Positions 49,704 through 57,065 of a DNA stretch of 64,000 nt are shown one piece after another. The DNA is from Candidatus Binatia bacterium (GTDB taxonomy: Bacteria > Desulfobacterota > Binatia > UBA9968 > JAJDTQ01). A program made the translations under genes and the position numbers. The notes beneath the pieces are model-generated. The model had not been told where the DNA came from. It saw only the letters and a program-made list of their open reading frames with translations, and searched no databases. Each line of letters starts with the position of its first letter. The stretch's first letter is position 1. Location of the stretch: positions 576,001-640,000 of the forward strand of contig OY762897.2 of NCBI GenBank assembly GCA_963666515.2, read 5' to 3'.

Positions 49704-49723
49704 ATTAGACGTTGACCGGTTCC
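49704..49723 (-). promoter_or_regulatory. GGAACC-N6-CGTCTAAT motif, copy upstream of ECF sigma
   Basis: About 40 bp upstream of the sigma ATG; duplicated before spy. Confidence 0.6.
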
Positions 49724-49774
49724 AGGCACAGGGTACCAGGAGCCCGTCCGAGTCGTCGTATTCCAGGGTCGCCC

Positions 49775-50800
49775 CTACGAATTGAAGGCGGGGAGAACGT
49801 CCCGGGCGATGCGCCGCATCTGCTCCGGCTGGTCCCTGGATGCCAGCACGATCTGCATGGTGCGGACCCCGGCAGCCACGAACTCCTCCAGGCGGTCGAT
49901 GCACTCCTGTGCCGTGCCGCAGATCACCCAGCGGTCCACGCTCTCGTCGTCGAAGGGCATGCGGTGGTAGATCTCCAGCATCTCCCGCGACTCGTCCCGG
50001 GCGGTCTGCCGGTCGCGGCCGACGTTGATCCAGCAGTTCATGGCGGGGTGGACAGCGCCCGTCGGGCGCCCATGGCGCTCTGTGGCGCCGGACGAGATTT
50101 CCGCGTACCGCTCGGCGTACTCCGCCGGACTGATGTGGTTGGTCAGCCAGCCGTCCGCCAGCCGCGCCACGCGGTCGAACGGCCCGGTGTGCTTGCCGGC
50201 GTTGGCTTCCACGAAATGGCCGTAGCGGTAGTTCTTGACGTCCACCGGGTTGTAGTGGCCGGCGGCGATCCAGATGGGAGGATGGGGTTGCTGCACCGGC
50301 TTGTATCCCAGGGATACGTCCCGGTACCGGTAGTGGCGGCCGTCGAAGTCCACGGAGTCCCGCGTCCAGAGCGCCTTGAGCACTTCCAGGCACTCCTCGA
50401 AGACCTTGCCGCGAACCCGGCGCGGGAACCCGGCCACCTCGCACTCCTTCGAGAGCAGTTCCGGCGGTCCGGCGCCGGGTCCGACCCCCATGATGGTGCG
50501 GCCCTGCGATACGATGTCCAGTGTGGCCCACTCCAGGGCCGTTACCACCGGGTTCCTGAGGTGCGGCTGCAGGATTCCGGTAGCCACCTTGATGGTGCTG
50601 GTGCGCGCCGCGATGGCCGTCAGGGTGACGATGGGATCGTAGCGTGGCTTGGCCAGGAGGCTGTCACCGACCCAGACCGAGTGGTAGCCGAGTTCTTCCG
50701 CTTCCACGGCCAACTCTAGCAACCGCTCCATGGAGAAGTCCGGGAGGAACACCGACGCGCGGTTGTTGGCATAGAGCCCGAAGTTCAGCCGTGGAACCAT
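49775..50800 (-). CDS. LLM-class (luciferase-like) flavin/F420-dependent oxidoreductase
   Basis: AEELGYHSVWVGDS, LTAIAART, ATLD..S.GR, PVQQPHPPIWI and RVARLADGW. Start at MVPRLNFG (50800). Confidence 0.9.
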   Translation of the reverse strand: MVPRLNFGLYANNRASVFLPDFSMERLLELAVEAEELGYHSVWVGDSLLAKPRYDPIVTLTAIAARTSTIKVATGILQPHLRNPVVTALEWATLDIVSQGRTIMGVGPGAGPPELLSKECEVAGFPRRVRGKVFEECLEVLKALWTRDSVDFDGRHYRYRDVSLGYKPVQQPHPPIWIAAGHYNPVDVKNYRYGHFVEANAGKHTGPFDRVARLADGWLTNHISPAEYAERYAEISSGATERHGRPTGAVHPAMNCWINVGRDRQTARDESREMLEIYHRMPFDDESVDRWVICGTAQECIDRLEEFVAAGVRTMQIVLASRDQPEQMRRIARDVLPAFNS

Positions 50801-50803
50801 TCC

Positions 50804-50853
50804 CCGTTCGTCCTGAGCGTAGCGGAGCGCCAGCGAAGCGAAGTCGAAGGACG
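50804..50853. repeat. CGTC-type extragenic repeat, copy 2
   Basis: CCGTTCGTCCTGAGCGTAGCG-gagcgccagcg-AAGCGAAGTCGAAGGACG; same as copy 1 plus an 11-nt internal expansion. Confidence 0.8.
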
Positions 50854-50865
50854 CAAATTCCTGGA

Positions 50866-52776
50866 TCAGCCAGCGGCGTTGGCGGTGGAGAGCCGCCGCA
50901 TCAGCGGGCGGGCCAGGCCGGCCGCGGCCAGGACCAGGCCGATGATGTCCGTCATCGCCCCCGGGGCGATGAGCATGATGGCCGCCGCGAACACCACCAC
51001 CCGCTCCCCAAGCTCGGTCCGGTCCTTGAGGTCGCCCACCAGCGCGTAGGCGTTGAGGATCACCCCCGCAGCCGCGGTGGCGGTGGTCAGGATCACCTCC
51101 ACGGGATTGCCGCGCATCAGCATCGGCGTGCCGAAGACGAAGGCGTAGGGCAGGATGTACACCGGCAGCGAGATCAGGCCGGCGAACAGACTGGTGCGCC
51201 AGAAGTCGCTGCCCGCCACGGTAGCGCCGGCGTAGGCCGCCAGGGCCACGGGCGGCGTCACCATCGACAGCATGCCGGAGAAGAAGATGAACAGGTGCGC
51301 GGCCATGGGCCACACGCCCACCTTGACGAGCACGGGCGCCACCATCAGCGCGAGGATGATGTAGGCGATGCTGGTGGGCAGTCCCATGCCCAGGATCATG
51401 GAGGCGAACATGGTCAGCAGCAGGATGATCGTGAGATCGCCGCCGGCCATGCCGATGACGAGGCCCGAGAAGCGCGTGGCAAGGCCGGTCATGAGGATGG
51501 TGCCCATGATGATGCCGACACAGGCCACCGCGGTGCCCAGGGTCACGAAATCCCTGCCGGTGCCCTCGAATACGTCGACGCCCTTCTTGAGGGCGTTCCA
51601 GGCCCCCGTCGGGGCGGCCGAGGCGAAGCCGCGGCGGTCCTGGAGGAACATGGAGATGGCCGCGATCCCCACCCCCAGCACCGCGATGACCGCCATGGCC
51701 CGCAGCACCGCCTGGACCGGCGACATCCGCAACAGCAGCAGCACGATCAGCAGGCCTATGCCGGCGATGAACGTCAGCCCCTGGGGCTCGCGCACCACTT
51801 CCCTGACCTTGGGCAGCTCACTCGGTGGCAAGCCCGTGAGGCCGGAGCGCAACGCGTAGAAGTAGACGCCCGCCAGCACGCCGATGAAGTACAGCACCGC
51901 TGGAATGAACGCGGCCTTGACGATCTGGAGATAGTCCACCGCCAGGAACTGCATCATCAGGAACGCCGCCGCCCCCATGACCGGCGGCATGAACTGCCCG
52001 CCGGTGGACGCCGCCGCCTCCACCGCTCCGGCCACGTGAGGCTGGAAGCCCACGCGTTTCATGAGCGGGATGGTGATGGAGCCCGTCACCATGACGTTGG
52101 CCACCGCGCTGCCGCTCACCGATCCCATCATGCCGCTGGAGACCACCGCCATCATTGCCGGCCCGCCGCGGTATTTGCCCACGATGGAACGGGTGAACTC
52201 CATGATGAAGGCCAGCGCGCCGGTGGCTTCCAGCAGCTTGCCGAACATGACGAACAGGAAAACGAACTTGAAGGTGATGTAGGTGGCGACGCCGAACACG
52301 CCGTTGCCGGACAGGTAGACGGTGGTGACGATGCGGTCGAGGTCGAAGCCGCCGTGTCCCCCCACCCACCGCGGCAGGTGCTGGCCGTAGAAGACATAGA
52401 GCAGGAACACCCCCGCCGTAACCACCAGCGCCCAGCCGACGATGCGGCGGGTGGCCTCGAGCACCACGATGACGCAGATCACGCCCAGCACGAGGTCGGT
52501 CTGGGTGACGAGGCCCGACTTGAACGCGATCTCTTCGTGCTCGATGAAGACGTAGCCGAAGGTCGCCAGGCTGAGGGCCAGCCAGAACAGGTCCACCGCC
52601 ACCTGAGCCGGACGCTCGCGTTCCGTCGCCTGGGTCAGGAACACCAGGGCGAACAGCACCAGCAGGAACAGGCTCCGTTCCTGAAGGGGCGGCAACGGGC
52701 TGAAGGCGTTCCAGACGGCGTACGCCGACAGCCCGATTGCCAGGATTCGGGTGATGAGCCGGCCTACTGTTTCCAG
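50866..52776 (-). CDS. TAXI-TRAP fused 4TM/12TM permease
   Basis: LEATRR..G, GSVSGSAVANV..TG..TIP.MK, EAAASTGGQFMPPVMG, LGMGLPT and TPPVA. The 5' end is extended from the ORF track to a probable CTG start at 52776 behind AAGGAGG. Confidence 0.92.
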   Translation of the reverse strand: METVGRLITRILAIGLSAYAVWNAFSPLPPLQERSLFLLVLFALVFLTQATERERPAQVAVDLFWLALSLATFGYVFIEHEEIAFKSGLVTQTDLVLGVICVIVVLEATRRIVGWALVVTAGVFLLYVFYGQHLPRWVGGHGGFDLDRIVTTVYLSGNGVFGVATYITFKFVFLFVMFGKLLEATGALAFIMEFTRSIVGKYRGGPAMMAVVSSGMMGSVSGSAVANVMVTGSITIPLMKRVGFQPHVAGAVEAAASTGGQFMPPVMGAAAFLMMQFLAVDYLQIVKAAFIPAVLYFIGVLAGVYFYALRSGLTGLPPSELPKVREVVREPQGLTFIAGIGLLIVLLLLRMSPVQAVLRAMAVIAVLGVGIAAISMFLQDRRGFASAAPTGAWNALKKGVDVFEGTGRDFVTLGTAVACVGIIMGTILMTGLATRFSGLVIGMAGGDLTIILLLTMFASMILGMGLPTSIAYIILALMVAPVLVKVGVWPMAAHLFIFFSGMLSMVTPPVALAAYAGATVAGSDFWRTSLFAGLISLPVYILPYAFVFGTPMLMRGNPVEVILTTATAAAGVILNAYALVGDLKDRTELGERVVVFAAAIMLIAPGAMTDIIGLVLAAAGLARPLMRRLSTANAAG

Positions 52777-53744
52777 AGTCCGGCCTCCTTCCAGTACTTC
52801 ACGGCGCCCGGATGGAAGGGTACGTTGATGTCCTTGGTCAGCACCGCCGGGTTGGCCTGGGCGTACTTGAAGTAGCGCACTTCACCGGCCATGCCAGCGA
52901 GGTTCTTGTGGATGAGCTTGGTGACCTTGTAGACCAGTTCCGCGTCGGCGTCGGCCCGGACGTAGACGTGCGGGCCGCCGATGTCCACGGTGTCGATGTC
53001 CCTGTCGAAGGTCGGAGTGTCCTTGGAAATGCGGATCCTCGCCATGTAGGGCAGTTCCTTCAGCACCTTCTCGACGGCCGCGGGTTCCGGACCGAAGTAG
53101 GCCGCGCCCTTTTCGGCGTGGAGCCGCAACGCACCGGGGATCGGGCTCAGGCCGGCCACGATGCCCGGCGTCGCCACGATGATGCCGTCACCTAGTTGCG
53201 TGTACAGGTCACTCATGCCCGCGTACACGGGTTTGATGTCCTTGTAGGTGAGGCCGTGGGCCTTGTACAGGGGCTTCAGGAACGCGTCCCAGGTCCGGCC
53301 GGTGCCCACGCCCACCCGGTTGCCCTTGAGGTCGGCAAACTTCCGTACCGGGCTGTTGGGGAGGGTCATGTAGGCGAAGGAGTGCGGGTACAGGCCCAGG
53401 ATCGGCGCGATGGGGTGCTTCTTGTCGAAGCCCTTGAGCCCATGGTAGCCGGGGTAGCCGTTGTTCGACGATATGATCCCCATGAAGATCTGCTTGCGGT
53501 CGATCAAACGGATGTTTTCGCGTGAGCCCTCGGTCACCGCCGCGGTCACCGGTATCTTCAACTCGGCTTCCAGCAGCTTGGCGATGCCTCCGGCCATGAC
53601 ATAGAAGCCGCCGCCAATGCTGGCGCCGCCCACTTCCATGCTGGCCGGCAACTTCTGCGCGGTTGCCGTCTGCGGGCCGGCCGCTAACGCCATGGCCGCG
53701 ACCATGACTGCCGTCAGCAGCAGCCTCGTTGTTGCACGTTTCAT
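52764..53744 (-). CDS. TAXI family TRAP substrate-binding protein (copy 2)
   Basis: GG.FY, TEGSREN, DLKG.RVGVG and PFHPGAVKYWKE. Confidence 0.92.
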   Translation of the reverse strand: MKRATTRLLLTAVMVAAMALAAGPQTATAQKLPASMEVGGASIGGGFYVMAGGIAKLLEAELKIPVTAAVTEGSRENIRLIDRKQIFMGIISSNNGYPGYHGLKGFDKKHPIAPILGLYPHSFAYMTLPNSPVRKFADLKGNRVGVGTGRTWDAFLKPLYKAHGLTYKDIKPVYAGMSDLYTQLGDGIIVATPGIVAGLSPIPGALRLHAEKGAAYFGPEPAAVEKVLKELPYMARIRISKDTPTFDRDIDTVDIGGPHVYVRADADAELVYKVTKLIHKNLAGMAGEVRYFKYAQANPAVLTKDINVPFHPGAVKYWKEAGLWKQ

Positions 53745-53763
53745 GAAATACCTCCTGCCGTTC

Positions 53764-54747
53764 TTACTTTTTCGGCCAGAGTCCGGCTTCCTTCCAGTAC
53801 CGGATTGCTCCCGGATGGTAGGGGACCCCGATCTGGGTGGTCAGCACCGACGGATTCAACTCCGCGTATTTGAAATAACGCACGTCCGCGGCGAGCTGCT
53901 TGAGGTTCTGATGAATCAGCTTGATCACCTGGTAGACCAGCTCCTCGTCGGCGTCCGCGCGCACGGTCAGCAGCGGGCCGCCGATGTCGAAGGTCTCGAC
54001 GGCCTTCTCGAACGTGGGCGTGTTCGCCGGAATGGTTTGCCGCGTCATGTACGGGAACTGCTTGACCATCTTGTCGACCGCTTGAGGCTCCGGCGGCAGG
54101 TACCGCGCGCCCTTTTCGGCGTGCAGCCGCAGCGCCGCGGGGATCGGGCTCAGCCCGGAGACCATGGTCGGCATGGCCACGATGATGCCGTCGCCAAGCT
54201 GCGTGTAGAGGTCGCTCATTCCCGCGTACACCGGCCTGAAGTCCTTCTTGTAGGTGAGGCCGTGGGCTTTCATCAACGGCACCATGAACGCGTCCCAGGT
54301 CCGGCCGGTGCCCACGCCCACGCGTTTTCCCTTGAGGTCGGCAAACGAGTTGATGGAGCTGCCGGGCAGGGTGTGCAGCGTGAAGGCGTTGGGGTAAAGG
54401 CCCATGGCGAGGGCCACCGGATACTTTCTCTTGTAGGTCAGGACACCATGATACGCCGGATAGGAGTTGTTGGAGGCGATGACCCCCATGAAGATCTGCT
54501 TGCGCTCGATCAGGCGCACGTTCTCGCGCGAGCCCTCGGTGACCGCCGCGGTTACCGGAATCTTCAACTCCTTCTCGAGCAGCTTGGCCACGCCTCCCGC
54601 CACCACGTAGAAGGCGCCGCCGATGCTGGCGCCGCCGATTTCCATGCTCGACGGCATCGCCGCGGTTGCCCGCTGCGGGCCGGCCGCCCATGCCATGGCC
54701 GCCACCGCGACCGCAACCAGCAAGCCCTTGAGTCTCACGCTTCTCAT
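53764..54747 (-). CDS. TAXI family TRAP substrate-binding protein (copy 1)
   Basis: Close paralog of 52764-53744; TEGSREN and PYHPGAIRYWKE. Confidence 0.92.
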   Translation of the reverse strand: MRSVRLKGLLVAVAVAAMAWAAGPQRATAAMPSSMEIGGASIGGAFYVVAGGVAKLLEKELKIPVTAAVTEGSRENVRLIERKQIFMGVIASNNSYPAYHGVLTYKRKYPVALAMGLYPNAFTLHTLPGSSINSFADLKGKRVGVGTGRTWDAFMVPLMKAHGLTYKKDFRPVYAGMSDLYTQLGDGIIVAMPTMVSGLSPIPAALRLHAEKGARYLPPEPQAVDKMVKQFPYMTRQTIPANTPTFEKAVETFDIGGPLLTVRADADEELVYQVIKLIHQNLKQLAADVRYFKYAELNPSVLTTQIGVPYHPGAIRYWKEAGLWPKK

Positions 54748-54827
54748 GAAAATCCCTCCTGCGTTGTTTGATGAGCGACGGATCGGGGCCCTGCGGCAAG
54801 ACAGGCATCCGCCCGACGAACCCGCGT

Positions 54828-54856
54828 AAAATAGGATGGATCGGTGTGCCAGTCAA
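54828..54856 (-). promoter_or_regulatory. sigma70-like promoter for TAXI operon (TTGACT-17-TATTTT)
   Basis: Hexamers with a 17-bp spacer upstream of TAXI copy 1. Confidence 0.45.
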
Positions 54857-54865
54857 CCCAAAAGC

Positions 54866-55660
54866 TCAGAACGGCCCGCCGCGATAACCCAGCACGACGA
54901 TCTCCGTCTTCCGCGGCAGCGCCGCCTTGCTGATGGCCAGGGAGCCGTCCGGCACGGTCCGGGTGGGAAAGCCCTCGCTGAAGATACGCACGCGCTCCAG
55001 ATCGTCGCGGTAGTGCATGGGGATGGCCATCTTGGGTTTGAGCTGCCCCACCACCTCCCGGGCGGTCCAGGGTCCCATGGTGGTGCGGCCGCCGATGGGC
55101 ACCAGCGCCACGTCGACCTTGCCGAACTGCTTCAGGTGCTTCGGGGTGAGCTTGTGGCTCAGGTCGCCCAGGTGCACGACGCACAGGCGGCCCAGGTCGA
55201 AGGCGAAGGCCGCGCCCTTGAAGAGGTTGCCGTCGGGACGGCTGACGTAGATGGGCACGCTGTAGACCAGCACGTCCAGGACCGTGGTCCTCACCGGGTT
55301 CCACTCGTAGCCCAGGTCGGTTTCCCGGAGGCCCCGAAGGAGCAGCGGCCGGCCCTTTACGATGGGAAACCAGTTGTGGTTCTGGTGCTCCCGGCCGATG
55401 GTGACCGCGTGGGCAGAGACGTCGGGAACGGGGTACCAGCCCGGCGCCAACGGGTCCATGACGATGCGCGTGCCCCGGCTGGTGACGAGCTGGAAGAAGC
55501 TGTGGCCGAAGTAGTGCAGGGTGGCGTCGGGCGCGGCGGCGTACGCCGGCCGGAGGAGACGGCTGGCGAAGCTCTCCTCCTTGCAGGCGCCGAAGAGTGC
55601 ACTGTGGCAGAGCAGGAGGAGCAGGGTGAACGAACCGCAGACGAGGCGCGCCTTTTTCAT
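54866..55660 (-). CDS. Exported MBL-fold metallo-hydrolase-like protein (Lactamase_B_3) with degenerate metal motif
   Basis: Signal/lipoprotein-like N-terminus; YFGHSFF, MDP, HLGDL, VPIGG..TM and IPMHY. The HxHxDH motif reads REHQNH. Confidence 0.8.
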   Translation of the reverse strand: MKKARLVCGSFTLLLLLCHSALFGACKEESFASRLLRPAYAAAPDATLHYFGHSFFQLVTSRGTRIVMDPLAPGWYPVPDVSAHAVTIGREHQNHNWFPIVKGRPLLLRGLRETDLGYEWNPVRTTVLDVLVYSVPIYVSRPDGNLFKGAAFAFDLGRLCVVHLGDLSHKLTPKHLKQFGKVDVALVPIGGRTTMGPWTAREVVGQLKPKMAIPMHYRDDLERVRIFSEGFPTRTVPDGSLAISKAALPRKTEIVVLGYRGGPF

Positions 55661-55875
55661 CTTTCCAAGCCTTCCGCGACGCACCGGAACCGGCGTCAGC
55701 ACTGGCGGCAATTTCGGATCGGCGCCACGAACGCGCCCATCTTCGCGCAATGTCATTCGTTTGACAAGCTGATGACCGGTGACGTAGAAGGGCGTCAAAC
55801 GCATGCAAAGGCGGCTGTCTGCCGCTGCACGCGCCAAGCTTACGCAGGAGTCAAACCCGAGAGGAGGACATCCTT

Positions 55876-56913
55876 ATGAAGGCACTATACTTGACCGTCG
55901 CGCTTCTCTTTCTCACCGTGTCCGCGGCGTGGGGTCAGAGCGACACCATCAAGAAGCTGGCCAACTACAAGGGGGCGGACTACCACGACATGTTGCTGAA
56001 GGGCGCCAAGAAGGAAGGCAGGGTAGTCTGGTACACGTCTTTGGGCGGCAAGTCCTACAAGACCATCAAGGCGGAATTTGCCAAGAAGTATCCGGATGTG
56101 AAGATCGACGTCTATCGCGCCGGGAGCCGGGACCTGTCGTCGAAGATCCTCGGTGAGCACAGGGCCGGCAAGTACCTGGTGGACGCGACCGAGACCACCC
56201 CGGGCCTCATGATGCTGTTCCGCGAAAAGGGGCTGCTGATGCCCTATTCGAGCCCGGAGCACAAACGCTGGCCGGACGAGCACCAGATCAAGGCCAAGAG
56301 CGGCGGGGTCTGGTGGGTCACGGACCGTGAGTCGTTCATCGGCCTCGGATACAACACCAAGAAGCTGTCCAAGGACCAGGTCCCCAAGAGCTTCGAGGAC
56401 CTCCTGAACCCGGCGCTCAAGGGCAAGCTCATGATGAGCATCACGAGCACCGGCGACCGTGTCCTCGGTACCATGCTCAAGGTCAAGGGCGAGGAATACG
56501 TCGAGAAGCTCAAGAAGCAGCAGCTCAAGCTCCTGAAGATCTCCGGTACCGCCACGCGGGACCTGATCATCTCCGGGGAGTTCGTGGCGTCGCCCACGGT
56601 CTTCAGGAACCACGCGCTGGTGAAGATCCACGAGGGCGCCCCGCTGGGCTGGGAGCCGATGGACGAAGTTCCCACCAACGCCGGAGGGTCCGCGTTGTTC
56701 GCCAATGCCCCGCACCCCCATGCCGCGCTGCTGCTGATCAATTTCATCCTGACGGACGGGCAGAAGATCCTGCAGAAGTTCCACTACGGCATGGCCTGGA
56801 AGGACTACCCGTTCAAGCGCGTGTATCCCGAGAGGGGAATGACCGTGAAGCAGTACAACCAGTCCCTCAAGAAGTGGAACAAGCTGTTGCGCTCCATCGG
56901 CCGAAAAGGCTGA
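55876..56913 (+). CDS. ABC substrate-binding protein (Fe3+/thiamine/AfuA-like cluster)
   Basis: Signal peptide, GAKKEG.V.WYTS, YNT, PKSFEDLLNP.LKG and APHPHAALL. RBS GAGGAGG. Confidence 0.88.
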   Translation: MKALYLTVALLFLTVSAAWGQSDTIKKLANYKGADYHDMLLKGAKKEGRVVWYTSLGGKSYKTIKAEFAKKYPDVKIDVYRAGSRDLSSKILGEHRAGKYLVDATETTPGLMMLFREKGLLMPYSSPEHKRWPDEHQIKAKSGGVWWVTDRESFIGLGYNTKKLSKDQVPKSFEDLLNPALKGKLMMSITSTGDRVLGTMLKVKGEEYVEKLKKQQLKLLKISGTATRDLIISGEFVASPTVFRNHALVKIHEGAPLGWEPMDEVPTNAGGSALFANAPHPHAALLLINFILTDGQKILQKFHYGMAWKDYPFKRVYPERGMTVKQYNQSLKKWNKLLRSIGRKG

Positions 56914-56978
56914 TGCGCATCCCGCACCAGTTCGGCATACGATTCCTTTCGTTCCGGGCAACCCGGACGGCAACGGAG

Positions 56979-57010
56979 ACATGGGGGCAAGGCACACCTT
57001 GCCCCCATGT
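56979..57010. repeat. Perfect 14-bp hairpin (REP-like) between SBP and permease
   Basis: ACATGGGGGCAAGG-caca-CCTTGCCCCCATGT. Confidence 0.75.
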
Positions 57011-57065
57011 TGCGGGTGCGGTCCGTTCGGGGTGACCCCGGCGAATCCGACCGAGGACCAAACCG

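Noticed and set aside
50801-51313. N-terminal 170 aa of the 512-aa LLM ORF, and likewise the long extensions on the RidA, moeA, ctaB and IMPase ORFs
   Set aside because: They overlap neighbouring genes, terminators or repeats in other frames, and domain homology starts at the downstream start codons.
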